This document shows positions 26,561 to 40,489 of a stretch of 64,000 nt of DNA, one piece after another. The stretch is from the NCBI RefSeq assembly GCF_018350175.1, contig NC_058368.1, positions 216,134,001 through 216,198,000 of the forward strand. Direction: 5' to 3'. The notes under the pieces were generated by a model. The model was not told the origin of the DNA, ran no database searches, and saw nothing but the letters and a program-made list of their open reading frames with translations. Each line of letters starts with the position of its first letter. Positions within the stretch are counted from its first letter, which is position 1. The position numbers and the translations under genes are program-made. This stretch comes from Felis catus (lineage: Eukaryota).

Positions 26561-27147
26561 TTGAATTATTACACAGAGAAACATAGAAACAACCATCTCT
26601 TCCTTAAACTCCAAAGGTTCTAGAGCCTCTTGGAGAGTGAATCTTATAAAAACAAAACTGGAGATGTTTGGATTCAGTCCAATTCAATTGAATTCACTTT
26701 ACCTTTGCAAAATTCCTATGTGAATATACTATGAAATGTCTTAAGATACAACAGTATTTGAACTGTTTATTTCAAGATATCATGTCATGTACCTATATAT
26801 GTATGTGTTGATACAAAATTAATGTGTCTGCATACATACACACAAGCACATGCACACATATGCCAGACAATATGTTGTTAACAATTTTGGTGTTACCTAT
26901 AGGAGTACTGAGGAAGATAGAACTTTAAATTTCTTTAATTATGTCTCTTTCCTTTTAAATGTTCTTTCATATATGTTCTGTGTCTTGTATATTCAGCAGT
27001 TTGATTATGATGTTCCTTGGTATGTATGAATGTGTGCGTGTGTGTGTGCGCACGTACATGTGCATATGTTTGGTTTTCGTATATAGTGTTGTGCTCATTG
27101 ACTGTGATGTAATGCTTTTCACCACTTTAGGAAACTTCTTAATCACT
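26144..27147. repeat. Local inverted repeat: arms 26144-26314 and 26974-27147
   Basis: The reverse complement of 26974-27147 aligns to 26144-26314 (outer 46 bp with 1 mismatch; roughly 85% overall), including the embedded CA tract. Confidence 0.9.
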
Positions 27148-27994
27148 GTATTTTATTTAAAGCAATTAAGACTGGGTATTGTATAAATAAAATAAGTGTT
27201 TGGAAATAGGTGGAGGATAAAATAAAATTACAGTAAGATCAGCATCTTTTGTAAGAGGATAAACACAAATTTAAAACATCACTAACTGTGAAACCATTGC
27301 TAGACTATTCCACCAGGGCACAGAGAATGCAAAAAAATTTAATAGCAGCAAACATTGGGAAAGCAGAGGTGTTAACTGACTTAGCATGAGGGAAAAGTGA
27401 GATGTAAATACATCATTGGACTCCCAAGAGGCTCAAAATTTATTTCACCAGTTTCCCTTGGAAATGAAAAATAAAGTAAGGGAAAGAAAATTAAATAATT
27501 GCTTGAAGTATTTCTAAGAAAAAAAGTGTCTTTCAGCATTCTAGCAGCCATGTGATTGTCCCTTCCCCGTCTCATTCGAAGTTTGAAAATGTATTTCCTA
27601 AAGAGTATAAAACTATAGTCTCCACATGAAAGATATCAGGCACAGTTGAGAGTAGGGAGACAGAACTGAAAATACTATAATGTAAGAACTCCTGCATTAA
27701 ATGGTTAGGCACCTCTTATTCTGATATTGATTCCCAAATCACTTTCAGCCATGCCTATACCTTCCAAGTCAATAGAGTTCAATAAATTTCCCTTTTGAGC
27801 AGGACTATCTACCATCTTGAATTCCCCAAGAAAAAGAAACTTGTAAACTCTGCAGTAAAGACTTTAATTGATCACCCCCATCTCCAACACAGAGCTTTTA
27901 CTAATGGTTTCAACATTGCAGAAGGACATTTTGGTAGATCTTTATGATTGATCCAAACAGAGAAAAACGTAGCATGAAAGAACATACACTTTTT

Positions 27995-28219
27995 AATTTT
28001 TTTAAATGTTTTTAAATGTTTATTCATTTTTGATAGAAAGGAAGAGGCAGAGCATAAGTGGGGGAGGGGCAGAGAGAGAGGGAGACACAGAATCTGAAAC
28101 AGGCTCCAGGATCTAAGATGTCAGCACAGAGCCCAATGTGGTGCTCAAACCCACAAACCATGAGATCATGACCTGAGCCAAAGTCAGATGTTTAACCGAC
28201 TGAGTCACCGAGGCACCCC
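27995..28219 (-). mobile_element. CanSINE
   Basis: Full body; TSD agaacata(c/a)acttttt. Confidence 0.94.
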
Positions 28220-29489
28220 AGAACATAAACTTTTTAGATAGAATGAAATTTCAAAACATATATTTCAAATTGTCAGGAGCCCAGCTGGGCTTGCAGAAAC
28301 ACTTTTCTATCTGTCAGATACCTTCGTGTCCAATTAAAGCACTAAGTCAAAAATGAGTGGTAAGTTTCTAATCATTTACTGTGATGGTATAAGCAAGAGA
28401 TTAAAACTGGAGAAAGCTAACTCCCCATGTTCCATTTCCCACATAGAATGGTGCAGTGTGGCAGAGGGTCAAGCAGATCAGCATAGCTGTAGGGATTCTC
28501 TCCCTGTTGGGGAAGCCTGAACAAAAGGCTTCAGGAGTTTTAAGGACCAAGAGGCTTGGTGGGATGGGCAAAGAGAGGGAAAGGAGTGAAAAAACACTGG
28601 GTACTGAGCCAGAGTGAGGAAAAGTGGTTCTCCTGTCCAACCCCCATTAGGATGTCTCAGCAGACCAGCCCAAAAATAACCTCTAGCAAGGTCTCAGATA
28701 AAGAAACCCAGGAATGAAGGCACCAGGACCATCCTCAACTAGCCTGGACCAGCAAAGAGCATGACCAGTCAGAAGGGCCTGGGACATTGATTGCAAGTCC
28801 CTTCAGAGATTGTGGTGCACTTACTGTGCATCAAGTCTGGCTGGGGGAGGGCAGTTTGAGGCCTGTCGGGCAAAGCCTTAGTAATTGTCTATTGTCAAGC
28901 TTGAAAAATCACACATAGATTTTTAACCAGGAGCGAGACTCCTCACAGATATTCTCATAAAGAGGTATAAAAAGCTATTTAAGTCTGGATGCTATGGGAA
29001 AGAACATCCAGAGGGAGAAAAGCAATTTTTGTAAAATAATTATTTGATAACCAAAACAACATATAGCTAATGTTGAATAAGTCTTGTATAAAAATACAAA
29101 AGAGATGGAAAACTAAAAGAAAATAACAAGCCTAGGGGGTCCAAAAACCTAACAAATAGGAATCTCAGAAAATAATAAAAGCAAAATTAGATCAGAGAAC
29201 ATCATTGAATAGATAATTTAAGAACATATTGCCAATGCCAAGGACAGATATCTATAGATTAAAAAGAGAAACCAGGTGTCTAGCTGGATGTATAAAAATA
29301 ATTCTGCACCAATCATGTCATCCTGACATTTCAGATCAGTTGATATGAAAATTAGAGCCCACAAGCTTTAAGAAAAACAATGGGCTTCGTCAAAGATACA
29401 GAATAAGAATATTTGAAATGATTCCTCAAAAAGACAATGGAAATTAGAACGTGGGGGTGTGTTTTCAAAACTTAATAGAAGGCAGTATC

Positions 29490-29720
29490 CATGGCAGTTG
29501 GGGTAATCAACAGGACTCATAGGATTATAACACGGCAAGTTTAATTGCAGGCACAGGATACATAGTACCAGGGCCAAAGATGCATAAATGAGCAGCAGAA
29601 AGCCCTGGGACACCCAAGCAGAGCTTCTAGTGTTCTACCTCAGAGTTGCAAAGGATTCAGATTCTAGGCCACTAAAATATGTGTGAGATATCTTGGATTC
29701 CAGGAAGCTCAGACTGCCTG
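29490..29720 (-). mobile_element. ERV LTR fragment (MER21-like)
   Basis: caggactcatagg..ggataca..gcagagcttctagtgttct..tgtgtgagatatc..ccaggaagctca; recognised from memory only. Confidence 0.4.
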
Positions 29721-30294
29721 ATCTCATAATAAGCAAACTCAGTTGAAGAACATCAAACAATGTATTTCAATAAATAATGTAAATAAGCTGGTATTTAATG
29801 CCTACAAGGGTGTTTTGTAATTTAAGATACTGTCACCAGTATATCCTATTCCTACCTTGGGCAAACTGTGATATAATGGCTCCATGTGATAAGCAGGTTA
29901 TCACAAACTATTTGAAAGTTAGCCCATTGCTTACACATTATCTAACCTATGGATTCATGCTTACAACTAAAGGTAAGGCAAAGGAGTTGAGGTGTTTTTA
30001 GACATAGAAAATATCATAATTTTAGCTTTCCAAGCAACTATTGGAGGACTACTATTCAAAAACCAAAGAATATAAACCAACAAAGTTAGACACTAAATTC
30101 AGAAAACAGGAAACTTAACAAAACAAAGAGGAATGCAATTCCCTGGCTGATTGTGAACTGAATTTCTAAAATGAGAACAGGAAGCTGCATAGAGAACCAA
30201 CCATCCAGATTGGAGCAGGTCTGGAGTCTGTGAAAGAGATTTGCTTAAAGTGATGAAGTTGATTAAATACCTAATGGGCTTATAAACATTTTAT

Positions 30295-30732
30295 GTTGTA
30301 GATTTCAACTGTGCCCCTCAAAGTTGTATCCAAGTCCTTATCCCTCATACCTGTTTGGAAATAAAGTTTTTGCAGATGTACTCATGTTAGGTTCTTGAGA
30401 TAATAACTCCAAAGTGGAGCCTAAATCCAATGTCTGGTGTTTTTGTAAGGGAAAGAAGAGAAAGGTTTGAGACATAGAGACAGATGGAAGAAGGTCCTGT
30501 CAAGATGGAGGCAGAAACTGGAGTTATGCTGCCATGAACTAAGGAACACCAAGAGCCTCCAGCAGCTGGAAGAGGTGAAAATGATTATTTCTCCCCCAGA
30601 GCCTTCAGAGGGAGAGTGGCCCAGCCAACATCTTGATTTCAGACTACTGGTCTCAAGAAATCTGAAATAATAAATATCTGATCTTTTAAAGACAAATTTT
30701 TGGTAGCTAGTTACAGCAACTATAGGAAACAT
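30295..30732 (+). mobile_element. MLT1B/C-like MaLR LTR
   Basis: tttggaaataaagtttttgcagatgta..ctaaatccaatg..gatggaggcagaaactggagttatgctgcca..gagccttcagagggagagtggcc..gttacagcaactataggaaac. Confidence 0.88.
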
Positions 30733-32009
30733 ATAGATACAGAAAGTAAGCGAACAAAAACATGATAATTTTCAAGTCTAGGGAAATCATGAATTTCTAT
30801 CAAAAAAGAAAACTATATTACTGAGTACTCTGACTTAGATGTAAGCAATATTTAGATTGTTGTAATAATAGAAATACTGATTACTAATCTATAGTCTTAC
30901 CAATATTACAATCTAACTATACTTGGGATGGGGGGAAGGGAACTGTATTTGAGCAAGATGAGATAAATTGAAAGAAAATAAAATGCAGTAGCCCAGGCTT
31001 TCAGTACTTGGATATGGGTAGTAACACTTGAAATGGTTAGAAGTAATTACTGAAGTATGCGATGGCTAAGATTGACAAAAATCCATCATCATTTCTTTAT
31101 GGAATTTAGAATGAAACCAAATTGTCAAAGATGGCTCTTAAATTTCTGGATGATTGGCCAGATGATTGCAATAGTTCATATTTAGAAAATCTTTAATGCT
31201 AGATTGAGGGCCTTTTATTGGAGTGTGGGTCTACTGACTGGAGTTTTGATTGATACTCTTGCACAAATATTAATCATATTTCATTTTCTAAGATTTTGTA
31301 TGATTCACTACTGTATAACAAATGAACCACTTAAAAATAATTCAACCTCAAAATATTTTAAAGATTAAAACAAACACTTTTAGAGTAGTGTTTCTCAACT
31401 TAAAATATTCTCCCTTTCACGATTTCTGTGATATTTTCCCCTAATTTGTCACGAAATTTTAATGTCAAGCATATGCTATTGTGTATCTTTTTGTATACTA
31501 CGTGCATACTTGCACTTTATACATAAAAATAATAATTTCTCACAACACCACAAGGACCAATACTGGTCTCTTTAGGAGACCAATATTTGTCTGCATTGAA
31601 AATGCAGTCTTATAGTAGACTTCCCTATAGTAATCATATAGAATTTTTGAGGGGAGATTTTCATCTTTAGGGAGTGCTATCCATACGATTATTTCCACAA
31701 AATATTGAACTCTACCTTTGACCTCTATTCAGTTATATATATAATGTTCAATTCAGTTGTTTAAGAAATATGTATAAATTAATTTCATACTGATATTATC
31801 AAACACAACTTGTGGAAATTGTTTTAGAAAAGGAGCAAATGATTTGGTAGGAATTTGAAAATGAAATGAATGTTCAGTATTCTGTGATAATCTATCATCA
31901 CTTTCCCCACTGACTGGAGAACTTCATTCAGTTCATGACTAATCTATCGATTGGACATCAACAATGGAAACTTCCACGGTATACTTGTTTATCCACTTTG
32001 GATTCATTC

Positions 32010-32010
<1 letters not shown>

Positions 32011-32076
<66 letters not shown>
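32011..32076. repeat. (TG)n microsatellite with one interruption
   Basis: Seen directly. Confidence 0.97.
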
Positions 32077-32077
<1 letters not shown>

Positions 32078-35000
32078 TTATTCATGTACATGTGTGTGTG
32101 AGAGAGATGCTGATTTATTACATAAATATAACATATTTCAGTGCCCTGAAATCAAGTGTAGATTGAAAAATGGTATTTATTTTTTTTTACTGACGATTTT
32201 TTCAATTAGGAACTTAACAAAAATACCATATCCAAGAAATATTTGTATAGTGACTCACTTACTGGATTAGAGACATGAATTACAAGTAAAATTCTAGAAA
32301 ATCCCTTGATTCCATTTGTCAGAGACATACCCTGTTAATACAAATTTATTTTTTCTATAATAATTGAAAATGTGTAATTTTTTTATTGTTTTTATTTCAA
32401 AAAAACAGCAAAAATTATTCTGTAATAAAGAAATAAAAATATTACCAATTTCATTTGAGTTAGGTCACAAAAGTTGTTAAACTTATGGCTTACACTCCTA
32501 CCATACTATCCCCTTTATGTAAATGAGCTACAAAATAACAGACTTTCAAGTATCATATTTGAGGATTTTTTCCAATACTAAAATTTTACCCTGTCTTTAT
32601 TAGTTGTTGAATTTAAATTGGACTTTTATCAACTTATTTTTCATTCTCCATATTAGTGCAGCAGAATCCAGACAGCTAAATATATCACAGTATTAGTGAA
32701 GACCTATATAGCTCTGTCATAAATGAATTGTGGCTGTCACAATGGAGCTGTAAATTAAACAGAACTCACACCAGGGCTCTGTGCTGTTAGATATATATTT
32801 GGGGTTCATACCTTGCAATTTATAGATTATTATTATGTAACATTATCTTTTTTTATGTGACATTACTTTTGAAAAAGCTTCATAAAATGTGTAAATTCAC
32901 ATTAAATGCGCAGAAAATAGTCAGTTACATGAAGAAAGACTTCTCATACTATTGTTAAAATAAAGAAAAAATATAAGACAAAAGTTTCTCTGTTAATAGA
33001 AAATTGAAGAAGGGAACTTTATATCTTTACATATAAGATTTGGAAAACATCCCAGATTCAATTCAAAGAACATTGAACCTTGTCAAAGCAGGATGGTTTG
33101 TCTTCTCTAAGTGATCTTCATTAACTATGGATTTTATTCCTTGTCCTTCTAATGACTCACTGAAAAAAGTTATAGAAAGTTATTAGAGAGGTTACATAAG
33201 AAGCTTTCTAGATTATCCATTTTAAACAAGAAAAGAAATAATAAAAGCAGAATACAGGTCATCATGCCATTAGCAAAAGAGCTCAACAAAAATATAAAAT
33301 GGGATTCCATGATCCTTTCTAATATTTAGTATCCGTATAAGGTACACAGTCACTTTTTTTTTCAATAATTGAGGTTCTATGCCTCCCTTTGTTGTATTTG
33401 TGATAAAAATAGCCAATATTTCCCACCTCACTAGAAAAAAGAGTGAGTTAATTTTTTACTAAGGCCTTTGCCAAGTCTTATGTATCTGTGTGCATGTGTG
33501 TGTGTGTGTGTGTGTGTGTGTACGTGCGTGTAGACTGCATAAAGATAATTTAGTTTTTGAAATAGGAGAATGCTCCTGATCTTCTTCTGCATTTTTTTGT
33601 ATGGAAACTCAAATCTACATGGTAACTAGCACTATGTGAATTTCCTGCTATTCTCCCAGTAAGCAAGGAGTGTATATATGCCTTGTCAGTTTTTCACTTG
33701 TTTAAAAATGAAAAACAACAACAAAAAATAGGTTCTGATGGCATCAGTTTCTTCCTATAACAGACAGTAGGCTATACAAGTGAGATTCCAAGGCTTTCTG
33801 CTAATAGTGGCAAGCTGTCCAAGCAGCACTCTATGGTTTAAAATATGAGGCCATGACAAATGGACAAGATATCTATACTTGTATCTGCATAAGAATATGC
33901 TAACCACCTTGTGCTACTATACATATTTTATAGGGGCTACAATAAGTTTGTTTGGTCATACACATGAAAATGAGTTTAATTGATGAGAAAAAAAGAAGAA
34001 GAAAGGGGTTGGCCAATATAAGATGGGGACAAATATGCTAATAAAATTATAGCTTGAAGGAAACCATTTGTATCTGTCTTATAATCACCAGCTATGAGTA
34101 AATACCATTATCGTTGGCCAATAAAAATGATTTAAAGTATTTCAAAAAAATTAAGAACCAATAGTATGCAACAGAGAAAAACAGAAAAGAGTAATGTTTC
34201 TCATCTACTAGACCTTCTTCTAATTTTTGCTTCTAGTATTTGGTTCATTTCCCCAGTGAGGGTAGACTGCAAAGGCATTTAGAGGCATTTAGTCCAGGTG
34301 AATTGCTGTGACTCTTTTGTAGGCAAGCATGTAGTTTGAGTTTTACTATTCCTAAACATGTCTCATTAATTATTTAGCTTTTCTGTTCATTGTATTGGTA
34401 CGATGTGTGAGTGTGTGTGTGTGTGTGTTAGAGAGAGAGAAGGAGAGAGGTGGGTGCGTTGAGGGAAAGAAGGAGAAGTGGGGTTTGTTGACTGCTATAT
34501 TAGAGAAACAGCATTTCACAAACACTATTTCATTTATTTTCATGGAGTCCACAATTCCTAAGTTGCACTTGAGAAAATGAGTTTCAAATGGGTTAAGCAA
34601 CTTCTTCAAGGCTACTTGGCTTATATTTGTCAAATCAATTCAAGTACCCTGGCCTTTCTGCTATATAAATTATGCTTCATTGAAGCTGAGTTTGTCAGAC
34701 TATGTAAAGTAGCAATAAGTTCTTTCTGTGGAACACTGCATTTAAAGTTGAAGTAGTTTAAAAATTGATTCATTTCTGTAAATATAGGATTCCCACTAAA
34801 ATATAGTCTTATGAAAAATACCCTAATGAGAATTTTATTATTTAGAAATAGGATTTAAACATCTCAAAAATACTAATAACTTCAGGTATTATAATGTAGT
34901 TAGGAGACTCTTCCAATTATAGCTGCTGGAGATGCTATTGTTCCAACAGCTGATCACAAATACCATCAATCTGTTGTCCACAAATAATTCCCCCACATTA

Positions 35001-35785
35001 CTGTCTGACCTGGGACCCCAGATTTCTTTGTCTTGTCTTGCTTTTGATTTGTACCTGAGTTTTCCCCCAATTCTTCAATAAGTTTTGGAAGTTGAATTTC
35101 ATTCTCATATGCACAAAGGTAAATTGCAGTAATATGCTACATGTCAGTTTCTTCAAATGAATTCTAATAGGTTCCTGATGAAAGTTCATAAAAATCTCTT
35201 TTGATATTACACTGATATTCTTTTCATTATGCATTGTCACTAAATGATGATAAGATAATTCTTGGTCTCAACTAAAAACCTGACTTTTCCTAAAAAAGAA
35301 CCCATGAAACTAATTGCCAATCAAAAATTAGGTTATTAAGACTATACTCAGAAATAACGGACAGTATAAGGAATGGGGGTCATAACTTTTTAATGCAGTA
35401 TGTACTTATTTTTATGTCTGCCTAATATTATTCCTTAAAACAGGCAAAGATAGTTAACATATTAGAGATTATTGTTAAAATTATATGTAAAATGCAATAT
35501 GGCTAATTTGAAAGATAATTTAAAATCATACATATTTTTACATGATTTGATTGGAATATATTTATAAGAAATCTGAAACATACACACAATTTATACAACA
35601 TATATCTTTTCCAGTACTTATGATTTAAATGTTGTGAAAGTATGTGCGTATGCATATGTATTAAATATAGTTACAGCTATATATATATTATATTACCTTA
35701 AAGATATTATAACATGATTTTCATTGTTTTCTATATTTCTAAGAATGCCATTTATAATTTTTAAAATGTACTATTTAAGAAGTCT

Positions 35786-36009
35786 GGGGCGCCTGGGTGG
35801 CTCAGGTCGGTTAAGCGTCCGACTTCAGCTCAGGCCACGATCTCGCAGTCCGTGAGTTCGAGCCCCGCGTCGGCTCTGGGCTGATGGCTCATAGCCTGGA
35901 GCCTGTTTCTGATTCTGTGTCTCCCTCTCTCTCTGCCCCTCCCCCGTTCATGCTCTGTCTCTCTCTGTCTCAAAAATAAATAAACGTCAAAAAAATTAAA
36001 AAAAAAAAA
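35786..36009 (+). mobile_element. Young felid CanSINE (SINEC_Fc-like)
   Basis: CpGs retained, ctctgggctgatggctc variant; TSD aagaagtc at 35777-35784 / 36010-36017. Confidence 0.96.
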
Positions 36010-36149
36010 AAGAAGTCATTAAAACGTATATATTTGGCTTAGGACTAATACATGTATATAGAAAATCGCATGTGAAATATCTAAAGCAGATTGTATTTGG
36101 GAAAGAATGTCTTTTTTCCCTCTCTCTTTTTTAATGCCTAGAAAATTGA

Positions 36150-36155
36150 TAACAT

Positions 36156-36186
<31 letters not shown>

Positions 36187-36292
36187 TCTGTTTAATTGAA
36201 GTGTTTGACATACAATATTATATTAGTTTCAAGTGTACCACATAGTGATTCAACATTTATATGCATTGTGAAGTGATCACGGGATAAATCTT
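36150..36292 (-). mobile_element. L1MA-like 3' end
   Basis: (TTTA)n followed by ttgacatacaatattatattagtttcaagtgtaccacatagtgattc. Confidence 0.7.
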
Positions 36293-36964
36293 GATTTAAA
36301 TAGTCTCTCTTTCATAACTGTAACTCATAACTATAAATATGATAATATTTGTGAAACACCCTGGAGACGGCAACCCCTCTGGAAGAAAAGAGAGAAAAAA
36401 ATCACCAAACTGCATGTTGTGTGAAAATGCCCAGCTGGCCCAGTTGAGTGAATATTGCCAGCACCTAGTGAACAACCGTGCCACCTGCCCACATGGCAAT
36501 AACCTGTTGAAAGACCGTGATCTTACACACCAGTTTCACTATTCATCTTAATTTTGGCCCTACCCTAGTTTGCCAATTCTCCCATATAGATCATAAGTAG
36601 TCCCAACTGTATGGCTGCTGGGGCATTCTACGTTTCCTGATTCGGGCAAGTCAAGAAAGATTAGAATGACTTTAAGCAAACTCTGAAGAAGAAAAGTCTG
36701 CGGAGGGAGTCCTCTTGAGCCTGTAAAAAATCAAATAATGAGGGCTCTTGGGCAGATATAAAAAGAATGTATTTGGAATTAACACAAAGAAACAGGAAGC
36801 AATTATGAAAGTCATTTTTACATTAAAATTCAAGGGAAGTGAACAATGAGAATGGACACCTTGAAAATACAAGTACAGATGTTAAATGTAGCTGCAGAGA
36901 TGCTATGACGGCATAGAACACCACCACAGAGAAAGTTAAATCACAATGGAAAAGAAAGGGGTAC

Positions 36965-37225
36965 ATAATACAATACAGGATGGATACAGATAGGGAAATG
37001 TACAGCAGATCTCTAGAACGTACCCATCTTGGATAGTTAAAACTCAATACCTGTTGAACAGCCTCTTCTGTATCCCCTGCCCCCAACAGCTGGCAGCAAC
37101 CATTCTACTCTGTTTTTATGAGGGTGCCAATCTTAGATTCCTCAGAGAAGTAGAATCATGCAGTATTTGTCATTCATTTGCCTTATTTCACTTAGCACGA
37201 TATCCTTCAGGTTTAGCCATGTTAT
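36965..37225 (-). mobile_element. L1MA-like 3'-region fragment
   Basis: tgtacagcagatctctagaac..caaccattctactctg..aatcatgcagtatttgtc..ttatttcacttagca. Confidence 0.75.
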
Positions 37226-37239
37226 CGTCTAAAAATAAA

Positions 37240-37385
37240 CTGGATAATTTGCTAGAATGTCTCAATATTGTGCACCTGAAACTAATATAACACTGTGTGT
37301 TAGCTACACTGGAATTAAAATAAAATCAAATCAAAATTCTAATAAAATAAAAATAAAATAAAATAGAAGTCTAATAAAATAAAAA
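37240..37385 (+). mobile_element. Short carnivore L1 3' end with A-rich tail
   Basis: ttgtgcacctgaaactaatataacactgtgtgttagctacactggaattaaaataaaa. Confidence 0.7.
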
Positions 37386-37493
37386 TTCCTAGAACAATTT
37401 GCAGAAATCCAGGTCTGTTAAAACTAAAAAGAATAAAATAAAAGTTATCAAAAGCCAGTGTTATTTTTATTGGTGTGAATCAAAAATTAACAA

Positions 37494-37730
37494 GGGCACC
37501 TGGGTGGCTCAGTTGGTTAAGCATTCAGCCCTTGATTTTGGCTCGGGTCACGATCTCACGGTTGTGAGATTGAGCTTCGAGTGTCTTGAAAGTCTCTTCA
37601 CTGACCATGCGGATCCTGTCTGGGATTCTCTCCCTCCCTCTCTTCCTGCCCCTCCCCCACACATGCACGCACTTGCATGCTCTCTCCTTCCCTCTCTCTC
37701 TCTCAAAAATAAATAAACATTAAAAAAATA
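37494..37730 (+). mobile_element. CanSINE (older subfamily)
   Basis: gggcacctgggtggctcagttggttaagc..cttgattttggctc; CT tract and A tail. Confidence 0.92.
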
Positions 37731-40167
37731 ACAATAACACTAAATAAGTGGGCATATAAATGAAAAGAGACTGAATAATTACCGGATGGTGTGAATACAA
37801 TATATCTGTATATGTAGATAAAGATTATGCAATGCTATATCCATAATTTTATTTTACATTTAAATGAAATGACAAGAAACATTGTCCAGGCATTCTGTTG
37901 GGGGCCTAACGGTATTCGTTCTACATATTCAGGCATGTCTGTTCAGAGGAAGAGAGAAAGGGAAGGAGATAGGGTCAGCCATAAGGTGGACATAACTGAA
38001 TCATTAAGGTACCCCTTGGATATTGTCTCAAGTTTGGCTTCCTTGGTCTGTGTTTGGTCAGAAGACCAGTGCTTTTCAGATTTCCAAACTGGTTACAGAC
38101 TTACTTAATTGGTTCCTTCTGCTGAATTCAGATAAGCTGCTTAAATCATTTAGAAAATACCTTGAATTTAAATTGTGGTAGGGGTAACCGAATAATCGCT
38201 TTTAAATATGTTTAACTCTATGTTGTATTTATAATTAGGAATATTTATTTCTCATTCAAAATAAGAAATAGTGATGATTAGGAAAATATATGCTACTTTA
38301 TTGTTCCCTAAACAAAAGTATAAATTCTTTTATTGTATTGAGTTAAAAAAAAAAACATTTAATATTTTATTTAGTCTAATAAACTTTCCTCCTACTTGAA
38401 TGTTAGACTGTATGCAGTCAAGGGTTTCCAGGCATTGACCACAGCACATAGAATGGGTCCAGGTACTGATTGGGCTCTCAGTGCATATATACAGTTAATG
38501 AATATGTAAAGAGTGAATGATAGAGTCAAATACTTATAACCCATAGAAATGACTGCATAATTTTGGAAAGAAAGGTCATGGAGGAAGGGAACAAAAAAGT
38601 ATCAAGGGAGAGAGACAGAGGGGGCAAAGGAAGGAATGAAGGAACGAAGAAAGGAAGGAAAGGAAGAATGGAAATAGCATTACGGAATGCATTTTGCCTT
38701 ATTTGGAAAGGTGTTATGTTACATGGAATTCATAAGCACCAAGCCGAATTTCTTTTCCCAGTTGGAACAAAAAGGATTCTTATGTCAATTTCAAATTGAA
38801 AATCTCTTTCGATTCTTCAAACAGTTGGTAACCTGAATGTTTGTAATTTGAATAAAAAGTAGGATGATTTCCAAGGAGGAATTGAGATTTTTAAAATTCA
38901 GGTCTCTTAAATGGGAATAGGAGAGTAGTTCTCTGGTTGTGAAAAGCATTGCCTGCTGTTTTCATTAAACAGTAACTGTGCTGTTTTTGAACCTTTGCCC
39001 CATAAAAATAGAAAGAAAAAAAAAGAAGATCAAAGAAATTCAAGTCAAACAGTTGGAGTTTTTGGTATAGCTGTCATATTTTACCAAAATGTCAAGTACT
39101 TAAATGCAGATGGTTTATGTTCACTGCTATTTTAAGAGCAAAGTTCCTAGGATTGAAGCTGATATTGAAGAGAGTGAGGCACATTCCCACCTCCTCAGGA
39201 GCTGAAAGAATGCAGCCAAAGGAGAAGGATAAAAAGCAGAGAAAGCAACTGCTTGGTGGCAGAGAGGATGCTGTCTGGAAAGAAAGAAGCTGTTTGCCTC
39301 CTTAGCCATGCATCCAAACTACTTTATAAAGAGCATATAAGAAAACGGATCGTGTCAGATCTCCATGAACAGCAAAAACAAACAATTCAACCAACATTTA
39401 CATGTAAGGTGTGCTTATTAATACATTCTCAATGAAATTTGTAAAACTTCTACCTAAGCACAAATTCCCTGTTTTTTTTTTTTTTCCAGTTGGTTTAAAG
39501 GCTCTATTTCACTGCTATAAATTATGAAATGATTACAAGGGAGTTTGCGAGAGCTGATTACAAAATATTAAATGAGATCCCAATTTTCAAATACATTTTT
39601 GTATTTATCAACAAATTATTAACAAAATCCAACACTGCGCCTTATGGTATTTAAATCACGGCAACATATCGTAATCTAGAGATCTGGATAAAATATTTGG
39701 AATCAAACACTTTGTTAAAAGTAAAGAAATTGTTTTCTGGTTGATGGAAAGTGTTTTCCGAAAGGCAGAGTAGATAAGAGGGGAGATATGGAGCCCACGC
39801 AGCTAGAGAACCATCCCAAGGTTCTTGCAGGTTAAAGGACATTCGTGCTAACAGCAGCAACTTACAAATGGTAGATATATAGTCCGTCTTTGTCATTCAC
39901 CCATTCAGTCCAAAACATGTGTCTAAATCCCAAATCAACACTCACAGAGCTTTCGTGATCAGTGGCGAACGTGTGTCGGGTGGTAAAAATGTGAATGACC
40001 TGACATGAGCATTTTCATCTGAGGTCCAGCAAGGGGACATTCTGCCTTCTCGCATCAGGTCTTATGCTATAAACAAGTATCCTCTTGGCAGCCTATTTTA
40101 GTGTCACAGTTTTTGCATCTTTGTAGTTTTTGTGGGTAATTTCGCTGTTTAAAATGACCCCATTGGT

Positions 40168-40388
40168 GGGGCGCCTGGGTGGCGCAGTCGGTTAAGCGTC
40201 CGACTTCGGCCAGGTCACGATCTCGCGGTCTGTGAGTTCGAGCCCCACGTCAGGCTCTGGGCTGATGGCTCAGAGCCTGGAGCCTGCTTCCGATTCTGTG
40301 TCTCCCTCTCTCTCTGCCCCTCCCCCGTTCATGCTCTCTCTCTCTCTCTCTCTGTCCCTAAAATAAAAAAGTTGAAAAAAAAATTTTT
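40168..40388 (+). mobile_element. Young felid CanSINE (SINEC_Fc-like)
   Basis: CpG-rich; TSD aaatgac(c/t)ccattgg at 40152-40166 / 40389-40403. Confidence 0.96.
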
Positions 40389-40399
40389 AAATGACTCCA

Positions 40400-40489
40400 T
40401 TGGGATAAGCACTGGGTGTCGTATGGAAACCAATTTGACAATAAATTTCATTAAAAAATAAATTAAATAAATAAAAATAAGTTAAAAAT
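40400..40489 (+). mobile_element. Extremely 5'-truncated felid L1 (~50 bp plus tail)
   Basis: ttgggataagcactgggtgtcgtatggaaaccaatttgacaataaatttcat matches the 3' ends of copies A and B; TSD aaaatgacccc at 40151-40161 / 40490-40500. Confidence 0.92.

Noticed and set aside
28270..28900. GC-elevated segment, possibly an old LTR
   Set aside because: I could not define termini, TSD or family from the sequence alone.
31935..32270. Cys-Val-rich ORFs
   Set aside because: Translation of (TG)n.
35786..35870. tRNA-like A/B boxes
   Set aside because: Heads of tRNA-derived CanSINEs, not tRNA genes.
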